Source: an uncultured Nitrospiraceae bacterium
GTDB taxonomy: Bacteria; Nitrospirota; Nitrospiria; Nitrospirales; Nitrospiraceae
Direction: 5' to 3'
Length of the DNA stretch: 64,000 nucleotides
Assembly (NCBI GenBank): GCA_963846575.1
Contig: CAWJWJ010000002.1
Coordinates: 672,001 to 736,000, forward strand
Part shown: piece after piece, positions 36,855 to 46,788 of the stretch
Position numbering within the stretch: position 1 is the stretch's first letter
Layout of the letters: every line of letters begins with the position of its first letter
The notes under the pieces: generated by a model
The model's database searches: none
What the model was told of the DNA's origin: nothing
The model's input: only the letters and a program-made list of their open reading frames with translations
Made by a program: the position numbers and the translations under genes

Positions 36855-38519
36855 TTAATAGGCCCAGGTAAGCAGAGTGGTGAAAACGTTTTTGCTATAA
36901 CTGTAGACGGATATATTGGAGCTGTTGAGCAGCCCTTGATACTGTAAAGCCAATGTAAGGTTCTGGGGCAGGACCTTCGCTACCTGAAAGAAAACGTCTT
37001 GCTCGAGGTCCCGACGTGGAGATGGTCGACCGGCGTCATCTAGGAAAATAACCTGGGTATGGTTGTAGTCGCGCAAGTGGACGTCATAGTCGAGCCGCAC
37101 ATTAAGATCATACCAGGGGAGAGTGGTTTGCCCACCAAACTGAAGTCGGTTGCCGGAATAGGCGAAGCTCGACCCTCGAGCGGCCTCGGTGTCGTATTGG
37201 TAGCCCACACGAATAATATATTTGTCCTGCCGGAATCGGAGGGCATGGAGAAACCCGATCATGTTATTGAACGCATCCCGTGATTCCGGTCGGAACCGAA
37301 TGTCATTGTTGCCGGGTTCAGCGTAAAACTCCTTGCGCTGGTACCGATAAAGAAGGGTGGTCAGGTTCTCCATCCTACCCAGGAACGGCAATGTGACAGC
37401 GGGCGGGACAACGGTCGCGGGGAGGGTGAGACTGTGGCGTGAGAGAAAGCCGGTGTGGTCAAGAAACACGTAGTCGTAACTATACTGCGCCCCGGCCTCG
37501 TAGGGCATTGCCCCTATGGTGCCTCGATAGACCCCCGACAATCCTGCTAAGTGATCTTGGATGTTAAAGTTTCCTACGCCACTGTTCGTATTCACTGTTT
37601 GGTAATAAGAATAGGTCACGGTTGACTCGATCGGTCCGTTGCGATACCAGGCATAGTCACCCTGGGCCGAGGTCACAAATCCCGCTGACTGTGTCGTCCG
37701 CGAGCGAAGCGCCTCCGCCACCGGATCGCTGCTCTTTCGAGGATTAACGGCAACATTGTCATCGTAATAGCCCCCCACCGCTACTTGCAGACGCAAGCGT
37801 TGTCGCTCCGTGCCCTGTTTCGACGTTGCGAGGGCTTCCTGAACGCGCACGGATACCCCTGTGATGGGCGAGCTAGGTTGGGCGCGTTGCGCGGAGGCCA
37901 GCTCGGCTTGCGCCTGATCTGATAGACCGAGAAACCCCAGCGAGAGCCCGCGGTAAAATAAGGCGAGCTGCCGGAGATCCGGATCGGAAGATACGTTCAC
38001 GCTCAATGCGGCCGCCGCCTTATCGTACTCCTTCTGCCGATATCGTAGGAATCCTACGTAGAACCCTAAATTCTCCCGTGCTGGATCCCGACGAAATACC
38101 TCCTCTAATAGGGGTGCGGCGTTGTCAAACTGCCTGGCTGCAAAATGTGCGGTAGCCAGTTGATAGGTAACTTCAAGATCGGAAGGGCGAAGGGTATGGA
38201 GGACTGTGAGAGGAGCGATCGCCCTTTCTGCCTGTCCACGAGCCAGATGACATTGAGATAGATAATAGAAGGCTCGTGCATGACCAGGATTGAGCTCAAC
38301 GGCTCTCGAAAATAGTGCAATAGCCTCATCATAGTGTTTGGCATCATAGGCAATAATTCCTTCGGCGACCAATATCTCCGAGTCCGCCATCTGGGCCTGG
38401 ACAGAATCGGGCAGGTATACCAGCGTAAGGAGAACGAAGATCGAGAGCAGGTCTCTCATGCTGAGCAAACCGACTGATCGATTCGATAAAGCGTAGCGGT
38501 ACTCCTGATGTCGCATCAT
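36855..38519 (-). CDS. TPR protein with C-terminal outer-membrane beta-barrel (Slam/DUF560-like)
   Basis: Signal peptide, several TPR-like helices, GGYYDDNV barrel start, terminal TWAY; start uncertain. Confidence 0.75.
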   Translation of the reverse strand: MMRHQEYRYALSNRSVGLLSMRDLLSIFVLLTLVYLPDSVQAQMADSEILVAEGIIAYDAKHYDEAIALFSRAVELNPGHARAFYYLSQCHLARGQAERAIAPLTVLHTLRPSDLEVTYQLATAHFAARQFDNAAPLLEEVFRRDPARENLGFYVGFLRYRQKEYDKAAAALSVNVSSDPDLRQLALFYRGLSLGFLGLSDQAQAELASAQRAQPSSPITGVSVRVQEALATSKQGTERQRLRLQVAVGGYYDDNVAVNPRKSSDPVAEALRSRTTQSAGFVTSAQGDYAWYRNGPIESTVTYSYYQTVNTNSGVGNFNIQDHLAGLSGVYRGTIGAMPYEAGAQYSYDYVFLDHTGFLSRHSLTLPATVVPPAVTLPFLGRMENLTTLLYRYQRKEFYAEPGNNDIRFRPESRDAFNNMIGFLHALRFRQDKYIIRVGYQYDTEAARGSSFAYSGNRLQFGGQTTLPWYDLNVRLDYDVHLRDYNHTQVIFLDDAGRPSPRRDLEQDVFFQVAKVLPQNLTLALQYQGLLNSSNISVYSYSKNVFTTLLTWAY

Positions 38520-38660
38520 AGATTGTTCTCCATCGCAGTGTGACGCAGGCCGTTTTCCCAGTCTTGACCTGAGCGTGATCAGGCTCCTACTATACGACAC
38601 CTCATGTGGATGGTAGAGCCTTAGTCGCTGGAAAGTGTTAGCCAGCAATGGTTTCAGGGC

Positions 38661-39806
38661 ATGCGCTCAACGGAGAGATGCTCGTTTTTGAACAGTCAGG
38701 GGGGCGAGGAGTCGTGGACTATGAGAAGTATCGGCCTTCCCATGCGGGTACTCGCATACTCATGGATGGTGTCACTGACCGCCACTTCAGGGATTTGCGC
38801 GGAAGAGCCCCCGCGGTCCCAACTCCGCGAGGGGCCTGCGGTGGGGGTGGTGATGGCGATCACCGGCGGACCGGGTTCAATCGTGTCCGCCGGGGCTTCT
38901 TCTCGAGTCCTAAGGAGGGGTGATGTCGTTGCTGCTGGAGAGCTGCTTCATACAGGCGCGGGCGCCCAAGTGGATGTACTGTGGGACCATCGCGCGCTGC
39001 TGACACTGCAGAAAGATGCACGGATGCACATTTTAGAACCCCATCACGGCCAAACTGAAGTGCATCTTCACCATGGTTCCGTCCAGGTCGCCCTATCCTA
39101 TAATGCCGGCAGGATGACAGACAGGCTTACGCTTCAGACGCCGCTCGCCCGAATCGTCGGCCGAGGCGGAATTCTGGAGGTCAGGGTTATGGGAGGCGAG
39201 GCACGCTCTTTCTTCGCGCGATTGCTCGATGCGGCGCCGGTTGAAACCCTTCGGGTGTTTGAGGGGCAGGTGCGGGTTGAACCATTAAACGGAGAGGGGA
39301 AACCCTTTACCCTGAAGGAAGGGTCAGAAGTCAGTTTGACCTCGGGTGCGGTGTCCTCCGTTTCGGAGATTCAACGGGGGGCGGCTGCGACGAAACCGCT
39401 TGCCATTACGGAAGAGGATCAGGGCGTTCCTCATCCGGTCATGCGTCAAATCGTCAACGCCCAGGTTGCTCTCGCGCTGGATGTCGAGGAGGAGCTCCAG
39501 CAACTAACGATATTGGAAGAGGAAAGGGAGCTGCCAGGTACGACTGGCAAGGGGGCGATCCTTTCGACGAGTACCGGCCTGCCTATAATTCCTGGTATCC
39601 GCCAGGCTACCGCATCAGCTAACTCCACAGGCGTGCCATCCTTTCCCACCTCGCCAGCCGTTTCTTTTCCATCGGTGGCCGCGCCTGTGCAGGGTGCTGG
39701 TGCCGGGGTAGGGGGTTCTCAGGTCGGAGGTCTGAATACTGAGAAGTTCCTGCGGAAGATTCTGAACGACGTCGAGAAAGGGGGAAAGGGTCGTAGGAAG
39801 AAGTGA
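38661..39806 (+). CDS. FecR-domain protein
   Basis: LRRGDVV..GE.L.TG...V.V, TP.A.I..RG, LRVFEGQV; start may be further downstream at MRSIG. Confidence 0.75.
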   Translation: MRSTERCSFLNSQGGEESWTMRSIGLPMRVLAYSWMVSLTATSGICAEEPPRSQLREGPAVGVVMAITGGPGSIVSAGASSRVLRRGDVVAAGELLHTGAGAQVDVLWDHRALLTLQKDARMHILEPHHGQTEVHLHHGSVQVALSYNAGRMTDRLTLQTPLARIVGRGGILEVRVMGGEARSFFARLLDAAPVETLRVFEGQVRVEPLNGEGKPFTLKEGSEVSLTSGAVSSVSEIQRGAAATKPLAITEEDQGVPHPVMRQIVNAQVALALDVEEELQQLTILEEERELPGTTGKGAILSTSTGLPIIPGIRQATASANSTGVPSFPTSPAVSFPSVAAPVQGAGAGVGGSQVGGLNTEKFLRKILNDVEKGGKGRRKK

Positions 39807-39829
39807 AGGGACGACTCGGATGATAGCGC

Positions 39830-40240
39830 TCAGAAAGATCGACAGGCTTGGGCGCGAACCCGCATGAGTCCTTCCTGCTGAAAGTCCTTCTTGTACTTCC
39901 GTTTGAGGTTCAAGATGGCACTGTGGTATTGCCCGCTTTCGTCATATGTCAACTGGAGAGCGTGGGAAGTTTCGTGTTCGATTACGCCGGTGGCCATTCT
40001 CCATCAACCGGTTGCCGCCCAGGAAGTGAGCCCGTCCGGAAACGTTGGCAGCACAACTTCGTTGATACACGTTTCCCATTCCAGGGCGCTTATAACGCCT
40101 CCCAGCTTTGCTGTGCCGAAATAGAGTGTCTCTGTCACGATGGCGTGTTCGCTTGGCAAGCAGGAGATGGTTTGGTTCACCCCGCAGCCAGTGGGAATGG
40201 ATTGGGTGGTCAGTATTTGGAGAATTCGATTGAGCAACAT
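39830..40240 (-). pseudogene. DUF3574 family gene with in-frame TGA
   Basis: ETLYFGT...W...INEVV.P.FPDGLTSWAATG*WRMATGVIEHE...YKKDFQQEGLMRVRAQACRSF*; internal stop at 40004-40006. Confidence 0.8.
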
Positions 40241-40318
40241 GGCTTACTATAAACTGGCAGAAAAGAATCCCGACCGACTTCACCTGCTGGCCAGAGGTGG
40301 GGCGCCGTTCCTACGTCG

Positions 40319-40609
40319 TCATTTCTTCGATTTAAGCGAAGTTTGAGGTGCCGTTTTCGGCGGCTGGTTCTCTTTGTCGCTGCCCGTCACCTTCTTGAAT
40401 GTATTCCCGATCGACGGTCCGATCTTTGGGATCTCTTCTTCGATGTTCTTTGCGGCGCTTTTAAGCCCTCGTCCTATATTCTCGAGCGTGAGTCCCTGAT
40501 TTGGTCCGACCTTGCCTGTATTCGTGGATTCTGAGCCTGCCAGCGACACCCGTTCCATGCCGGCAAGTATCAGGGAAGAAAGGAACAGTATGACAAACGT
40601 TGTTCGCAT
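40319..40609 (-). CDS. Small exported hypothetical protein
   Basis: GAGG RBS, signal peptide, Lys-rich body. Confidence 0.7.
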   Translation of the reverse strand: MRTTFVILFLSSLILAGMERVSLAGSESTNTGKVGPNQGLTLENIGRGLKSAAKNIEEEIPKIGPSIGNTFKKVTGSDKENQPPKTAPQTSLKSKK

Positions 40610-40923
40610 TCAGAGCCTCACTGTTATTGGAATACTATCGAAGATTCTGACGTTCGGCAATGGGAACCCACGTGGAACTGAGTAAGGAAATCAGCAGGCA
40701 GATGAAATCTGAAACCAGCATACCTGTTGACCATCCATACCAGCATAGGATACAGTGGAGCCTAGTGCAGCATTGTATCGGTCCACCGATGTTGCGTCTC
40801 TTCTACGTGGGCCGCGCGATCGCATCGCGACCAGGTCCAGTCCGGAGCTGACTCCTTTCGGATTCACCCTCCCCTCGGTTCTCTGATCCCGTCTTAATGC
40901 GATCACAACGAAAGGATAGCTCC

Positions 40924-42219
40924 GTGCAGACGACTGCGTTTACTAGTTTTGACACCCTTGGTGTGTCTGCTACTCTCTTGCGAAATCTGACCAAAGCAGG
41001 TTTTGCCGAACCCACCGCCATTCAAGCTCAAGCCATTCCTCATGCGCTCGCAGGTCGCGACGTCTTGGGCTGCGCGCAGACCGGGACGGGGAAGACCGCC
41101 GCCTTCGTGATCCCGATGTTAGAACGGCTAAGTGGGACGCCGAAAGGCCAGCCTCGCGCGCTCATTCTGGCGCCGACACGTGAGTTGGCGATCCAGATTC
41201 AAGGAACGATTGATACCTTAGGGCGTGATCTCCAACTGTTCGCGACCACGGTCGTGGGCGGAGCGGATATGCAAGCTCAGGTCAGAGGGCTGCGGCAACG
41301 TCCTGACATCATCGTTGCCACTCCGGGACGGTTACTCGATCACATGTGGAACGGTACGATCAGTTTGCTCGCCATGACCATGCTGGTTTTGGACGAGGCT
41401 GATCGGATGTTGGACATGGGATTTTCCCAGCAGATCAATCAAATTTTGGATGCCATGCCGGAAGAGCGTCAGACGTTGCTTTTTTCCGCCACCATGCCGA
41501 CTGATCTCGCCCGCTTGGCACAGGCCAGCGTGAAGGATCCTGTTCGTGTCATGGTTACGAAGTCTGCGACGACCGCAGATGGTGTATCTCAAGCCGTGCA
41601 TCACACCACGCATGACCGCAAGAATGCCCTGTTGATGTCGCTTCTTGAGTCTGAATCCGATACCGTGTTGGTGTTTGCACGGACCAAACACCGGGCGGAC
41701 CGATTGGGCAATATGCTCGACTCGGCCGGGCACCGTGTCGCGGTTCTACATGGTGGGCGTACATTGCCCCAACGCCGAGCGGCACTGGAAGGATTCCGAC
41801 GTGGAACGTTTAGGGTGCTGGTGGCTACGGACATTGCCGCGCGAGGGATTGACGTGGCGAACATCGCCCATGTAATCAACTATGATGTGCCCAATTGTCC
41901 GGAGGATTATGTTCACCGTATCGGAAGAACGGCCAGGATGCGGGCGACCGGTCGAGCGACAACCTTTGTCACTTCCGAGGACCAGGAACAGTTGCGAGCG
42001 ATCGAGCGCTTATTAGGTCAGGCAGTCCCGCGTGCGGACGCGAGTGCCGCCTCGACCAGTGTCGCATCACGACCCGAAGGCCATCTGCCTCGTAACGAAT
42101 CGGAACGGCGGCGCCGTCGCGGGGGATCATCCCAGGGCTGGAGGCAGGCTCCCGAGGCGGGACTGCGCGAGCCGAACGGCGGAATCAAACATGGCAGTGA
42201 TTTGGGGCCGGTGTCTTAA
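40924..42219 (+). CDS. DEAD-box RNA helicase (RhlE-like)
   Basis: Q motif, AQTGTGKT, PTRELA, TPGRLLD, DEAD, SAT, ARGID, HRIGRTAR; GTG start after AAGGA chosen. Confidence 0.95.
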   Translation: MQTTAFTSFDTLGVSATLLRNLTKAGFAEPTAIQAQAIPHALAGRDVLGCAQTGTGKTAAFVIPMLERLSGTPKGQPRALILAPTRELAIQIQGTIDTLGRDLQLFATTVVGGADMQAQVRGLRQRPDIIVATPGRLLDHMWNGTISLLAMTMLVLDEADRMLDMGFSQQINQILDAMPEERQTLLFSATMPTDLARLAQASVKDPVRVMVTKSATTADGVSQAVHHTTHDRKNALLMSLLESESDTVLVFARTKHRADRLGNMLDSAGHRVAVLHGGRTLPQRRAALEGFRRGTFRVLVATDIAARGIDVANIAHVINYDVPNCPEDYVHRIGRTARMRATGRATTFVTSEDQEQLRAIERLLGQAVPRADASAASTSVASRPEGHLPRNESERRRRRGGSSQGWRQAPEAGLREPNGGIKHGSDLGPVS

Positions 42220-42247
42220 TTTCTACGATCATATGTTGCAAGGAGGA

Positions 42248-42592
42248 ATGATGGTGAGTGACCAGAAACCGGATGCGCCACGCGCCGTGGCTCAGTGGCT
42301 CAGAATTCCTGACGGGACCATGGTGCAACATCGGTTGGATGGACAGAAGGGACACATCGACGGACTGACCGAGATTGTGACGGGCCCAAGCAGAAACCCG
42401 GATGGCCGGACGCAGTACCGGATTAACGTCGGGAAGGGTGACCGGGTGCTCATTGCGGAAGAAGATCTCTTGATCGTGACGGATGCCGAAGGGTTGGTAA
42501 AGATGGCCAAGGAGAAAGGCGAGTACCGCTCCCTGGTCAACAAGCAATTGCGCGGTGTATTTGGTGAGGACCGGTTCGTAAAGACAGCCTAA
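42248..42592 (+). CDS. Hypothetical protein
   Basis: AGGAGG RBS; 114 aa. Confidence 0.7.
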   Translation: MMVSDQKPDAPRAVAQWLRIPDGTMVQHRLDGQKGHIDGLTEIVTGPSRNPDGRTQYRINVGKGDRVLIAEEDLLIVTDAEGLVKMAKEKGEYRSLVNKQLRGVFGEDRFVKTA

Positions 42593-42634
42593 GCCATCCG
42601 GGTGTGTGAGCCAAGCGGAGGCCCAGGACCCCTG

Positions 42635-42823
42635 TTAGTACAGGGGCTCCTGGGGTCCCCATTGCAATCCTTCCAGATCAGGATCGCTTCCCTCAGAAGT
42701 CGCGGGCCGCATCGGTTTATCAGCCTTACGTTGCACGCGACGGGCTTCCTTCTCCCGCTGTTTAACTTGTTTGGCCTTCTCTCGATCGCGTTTTGCGATG
42801 GTGGTCTTGCCTGCTCGTGCGAT
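42635..42823 (-). CDS. Small basic protein with apparent ATC start (absent from ORF track)
   Basis: AGGAGGAGGG-AACC-ATC; (M)ARAGKTTIAKRDREKAKQVKQREKEARRVQRK...DPDLEGLQWGPQEPLY. Confidence 0.72.
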   Translation of the reverse strand: MARAGKTTIAKRDREKAKQVKQREKEARRVQRKADKPMRPATSEGSDPDLEGLQWGPQEPLY

Positions 42824-42877
42824 GGTTCCCTCCTCCTATTCGTGTCCCTGAACGGGTAATCGAATAGCCCTGCCTCG

Positions 42878-43159
42878 TTAGGTAGCGGACGGCCGACGGG
42901 TGGTACGAGTCGTAGTGGGGCGCGCGTGGGCTCGCGCAGGGCGCGCCTGAGTCTGTTCTGACCTGGCCCTGGTTTCTGCTCCAAACCCTGAACTTGCCAA
43001 GGCGGTGACCTCGCGGCGGATCTGATCCATCGGAGTCTCCTGGGATTCCAGTGAAGGATCAACGAGTCCCAATTGCGTCCAACGGATTCTCAGCTTTGGG
43101 ACGGCCCGCTTCTTTTTGTGCGCAGGTTTGTTGCCCCTCCAGACGGACGTAATTTTCAT
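42878..43159 (-). CDS. Small basic hypothetical protein
   Basis: AAGGAG RBS; Lys/Arg-rich 93 aa. Confidence 0.65.
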   Translation of the reverse strand: MKITSVWRGNKPAHKKKRAVPKLRIRWTQLGLVDPSLESQETPMDQIRREVTALASSGFGAETRARSEQTQARPARAHARPTTTRTTRRPSAT

Positions 43160-43374
43160 CGTACACTCCTTTCGGCGAACAACAGGATGGCGATGTCCAG
43201 GCCATCAAACTGGGTGCAGTAGGGCAGACACAAAATCCCGCCCCATGCGTTGCCCATTCCCTCATTCGATGAGCATGGAATGGGCCGTAGGAGGAACGGA
43301 AAGTAGGGGAACGGTCACGCAGCTATATCGCAGGAACGCGAAGCGTAGCGTTGCTGTAGCTCGTACGGTAAGGT

Positions 43375-43404
43375 AACTTATCACGCTTTCGGTGCTCCGG
43401 TCAA
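43375..43404 (-). promoter_or_regulatory. Putative sigma-70 promoter for the small basic genes
   Basis: TTGACC-18 nt (TGn)-TAAGTT on minus strand. Confidence 0.45.
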
Positions 43405-43518
43405 TGAGCCAGCTGGGGAGCGGATCAGTGAGCCACCCAGACTTCCTGTCAGTCTTCGGTTCTTTTCGGTAGGGAGCAGGCGAAGGCGCGCGGTGGACAG
43501 GTTTGCCTTCCAACGGGA

Positions 43519-45078
43519 TCAGGCGATAAACCTGGGATCCGGCGATCGCCGAGAGGGGCGTCGAATGCCTAATTTTCTCAAGCGGCTGCGCAAAGTTTCT
43601 GGATTGAGTCCGAGCAAATGAGCGGCCCCTTGTTCACCATAAATCCGCCACTTTGTTCGTTCCAATATTTCCAGAATATGGTTGCGTTCCACCTCACCGA
43701 GTTTCTCTGGCTGTATTTTGGGGGGACTCTGCCCTTCCTGAAGGGGAAGGGCAGGTAGCAGCATTTCATCGACCGTGACGCAAGGCGAGCCGGATAGGAT
43801 CACCGCCCGTTCGATCACATTGTGAAGTTCGCGCACATTTCCGGGCCAAGTATAGTTGAGCAGGCGTGCCATGGATTGTGGATCGAATGTGAGGTGCGGC
43901 CGTTTCAGCTTACTGCCGATCTGCCCCAGAAAGTGCTGTGCGAGGAGGTGAATATCCTCGCGTCGATCCCGTAGGGCCGGCAACGCAATGGGAAAGATGT
44001 GGAGGCGGTAGTAAAGATCGGCGCGGAACGTTCCCTGCTGAATTGCAGCCGACAAATCGACATTGGTCGCGGCGATCAGACGAACGTCTACGGGGAAGGG
44101 TTGAGTGCCGCCGATTCGGTCTACCATCCCGTCCTGGAGAACGCGCAGCAGCTTAGCCTGGGTCTCCAGGGGCATTTCGCCGATCTCATCGAGAAATAAC
44201 GTGCCGGTGTGAGCCAATTCAAATCGTCCAGCCCGGCGAAGCTGTGCGCCCGTAAAGGCGCCGCGCTCGTGACCGAATAATTCACTTTCGATCAGCCCGG
44301 ATGGCAGTGCCGCGCAGTTGACGCGAATAAACGGTTTTGGGTTGCGGGCGCTCAAGTCGTGAATGGCTTGCGCGAGGACTTCTTTGCCCGTGCCGGTTTC
44401 CCCCATCAGGAGGACCGTCGTATCGGTCGGCGCGACCGCTTTGACAAGGTCCACGACCTTGGTGAAGGAGGGCGAGGTGCCCACCACCAGTCGCAGGTGT
44501 CGACTGGCTTTCACCTCCTCCGCAAGGTATTCGTTCTCTCGACGTAATTGTTCGCTGAGTTGCTTGATCTGCTGGTACGCCAATACGTGATCGATGGCGT
44601 AGGCGATTTGGGTTGCGACCTGCTGTAGAAATTTGCAGTCGTCCGGATCCGGATCTCCGGGTTGAACGCTGCCGATGTTCAAGGTGCCGAGACAATGCTC
44701 TCGGACGAGCAGCGGCAAATTGATCATTCTCCCCAATCCCTCTTGGACATAATAGCGATCTTCCAAAAACATTTGCTCCTGCTGAAGATCTCTACGTACG
44801 TGCAAGCGCCGGTTGTCATACACCCAGCCGACCGCGCTGCCTTCACGAGGAATTATGCTGTCATGTGCGAGTGCCGGTGTCGGGAGGTTCGTCACGACGG
44901 CATAAAAGCGAAATGAATCTTTGCTTGGTTCGTAGAGCGTGATGCCGGCCCGATCCCAAGGAATGACCTTTTGAATTTGATCGGCGATCACACGCCACAG
45001 ACTCTCAATGTCCCGCTGCGAATTCAGGGCATTGGTAACTTCGAGAAGCGTTTCAAAATTTAGGGTGGCGCGTTGCAT
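43519..45078 (-). CDS. Sigma-54 enhancer-binding protein, GAF-AAA+-Fis HTH
   Basis: N-terminal GAF; GETGTGKE, ESELFGHERGAFTGA, FLDEIGE, WPGNVREL, C-terminal HTH. Confidence 0.95.
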   Translation of the reverse strand: MQRATLNFETLLEVTNALNSQRDIESLWRVIADQIQKVIPWDRAGITLYEPSKDSFRFYAVVTNLPTPALAHDSIIPREGSAVGWVYDNRRLHVRRDLQQEQMFLEDRYYVQEGLGRMINLPLLVREHCLGTLNIGSVQPGDPDPDDCKFLQQVATQIAYAIDHVLAYQQIKQLSEQLRRENEYLAEEVKASRHLRLVVGTSPSFTKVVDLVKAVAPTDTTVLLMGETGTGKEVLAQAIHDLSARNPKPFIRVNCAALPSGLIESELFGHERGAFTGAQLRRAGRFELAHTGTLFLDEIGEMPLETQAKLLRVLQDGMVDRIGGTQPFPVDVRLIAATNVDLSAAIQQGTFRADLYYRLHIFPIALPALRDRREDIHLLAQHFLGQIGSKLKRPHLTFDPQSMARLLNYTWPGNVRELHNVIERAVILSGSPCVTVDEMLLPALPLQEGQSPPKIQPEKLGEVERNHILEILERTKWRIYGEQGAAHLLGLNPETLRSRLRKLGIRRPSRRSPDPRFIA

Positions 45079-45084
45079 GATAGC

Positions 45085-46788
45085 TCAAAAATTTGTCCAG
45101 AGTTGCACGATGCCCCAGTCCTGATCAGCCGAAGTGCCAAGCTGTTGCCGGATATAGGGACCGGAGAAGAAATGGCCGTAAATGAGCGCCAAGGATACCT
45201 TCCCATCCGCAAACATATGGCTCCATGCGATGTCGAGTTCGTCGCCGATATGCGTGGTCGTATTATCTGATTGAGAAAAAATCAACGGACTCTGTGAGCC
45301 ACGGTACCAGTTGTCGCGGGCGCTTGCCAAGTACTTACGCAGGGCCCAAATCTCGACATGGTCGCGGGCCGTCGGGCGAGCCTGCAGGTTGATTTGGGGT
45401 TGCACACTGTTGCGCCAGGCGCCATTCAGCATGTATCCGACGTGCAGAAAGTTTGTCGGAAAAAAGTTCTCGAACGTATTGGCGTTGCCGCCGCAACTGC
45501 GGGCCAGACTTCCTCCAGGGGTCACGCAATTGGCATCGCCGTCTCCCGAGGCGTAATCGAATCCGACGGCGAGTCTGGGTTTCCATCGGTGGTTGTACCA
45601 GGTGTGCCCAAGCCACGTGCCGGAAGCCCAGGCATTGATCGTGAGGTTGCGTTGGTTGTCGAAGCCAATTCCATCCGCAGTGCGACCAAACTGATAAGCG
45701 GTCTCCTGAACAAAGTCCCAATCACCGTCACGGATTTCCAGGCGGAGTCCGATCATATGGCGAAGTTGCCCCGCCGCTTTAGGCGTGTAGAGGCCCGGAT
45801 TGGCACGCTCCGGGAGCCGATTGGAATAGAGCACGTAATAAGGTTCGACAACCATACGCGGAAGGTTGCGGATCTGGTTGTACAACACAACCATGTCGAC
45901 GTCGCTTCCCGCGTCGGAGGCACGTTGTGCGATGGCCGGGTCGCAGGTGCCCGGCGAATTTGCATCAGACCTGCAGGACAAAAGATTCGGGCTCAGGCTT
46001 CCTTCCGACCGGCCTTGGCCGAGGTCCGTTTCAGAGTTCCGAAACCAACCAAGTTTCATGTCGAACTGAGGGGTGGCGTAACTGAACATGACGCCGTCAT
46101 GGGAGTAGCCGGTGTTTGCCCAATCGAAATGTCCGAACAGGCGTTGATTTCCGAATACGACATACTGGCGTCCGAGCTTCACGCTGAGACCTTCGATGCC
46201 GGCCAAATTGCGTATCAGCGCATAACCGGCACGAACGCCCAGCCGGCATTGCCCCGAGCGTAGCGTCCCGCATTGATGGTTTGACGCGTCGCCGCTGTTG
46301 CTGCTTGCGGTAGGATCGCCGTTTCCGCCCCAGGTCGCCGAGTCCTGCAATTCGAGGTAAAAGTTGAGATCGGGGGAAGGGTCGTATCCCAGTCCCAGTC
46401 GGGCCCACTGTTGGATGTAGAAGTCGCTGGCGCCAGGACCGCCATTGGCCGTGGTGCCAGACCCCGAGGCACTCAAACTATTGCAGGCGGCATTAACCGG
46501 CGGCCCGCCTCCAAAGCAGACACCGTTACGCCATTCCGGTCGGACGCGCAGATCGGCTCTCATCCAAAAGTTTCTGAGATCGAAATGCATCCAAGCCGGT
46601 AACCTCACGGCATCGTCCCATTCAACCGGCAGGGAATCGGTCGGCGAGAAAAGGGTTGGGGCGGCAGGCCCATAGTCCGCGCGTCCAGCCTCGGCCTGCA
46701 CTAATGTCGAGGGCAACATGATGCTCGCGGTGACGGTAAGGACAGCGCACCAGAGGAGTAGTCTTCGCGTGGACGTACGTCGCAACAT
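45085..46788 (-). CDS. Alginate-export-family outer-membrane beta-barrel porin
   Basis: Signal peptide; R.RPE, K.GRQ...FG..RL.G..DW, YDYASGD, ENFFPTN, terminal QLWTNF. Confidence 0.85.
   Translation of the reverse strand: MLRRTSTRRLLLWCAVLTVTASIMLPSTLVQAEAGRADYGPAAPTLFSPTDSLPVEWDDAVRLPAWMHFDLRNFWMRADLRVRPEWRNGVCFGGGPPVNAACNSLSASGSGTTANGGPGASDFYIQQWARLGLGYDPSPDLNFYLELQDSATWGGNGDPTASSNSGDASNHQCGTLRSGQCRLGVRAGYALIRNLAGIEGLSVKLGRQYVVFGNQRLFGHFDWANTGYSHDGVMFSYATPQFDMKLGWFRNSETDLGQGRSEGSLSPNLLSCRSDANSPGTCDPAIAQRASDAGSDVDMVVLYNQIRNLPRMVVEPYYVLYSNRLPERANPGLYTPKAAGQLRHMIGLRLEIRDGDWDFVQETAYQFGRTADGIGFDNQRNLTINAWASGTWLGHTWYNHRWKPRLAVGFDYASGDGDANCVTPGGSLARSCGGNANTFENFFPTNFLHVGYMLNGAWRNSVQPQINLQARPTARDHVEIWALRKYLASARDNWYRGSQSPLIFSQSDNTTTHIGDELDIAWSHMFADGKVSLALIYGHFFSGPYIRQQLGTSADQDWGIVQLWTNF

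Noticed and set aside
40004..40006. TGA as selenocysteine
   Set aside because: The position corresponds to Gln/Arg in the G-x-WR motif as I recall it, not Cys, and I saw no clear SECIS hairpin
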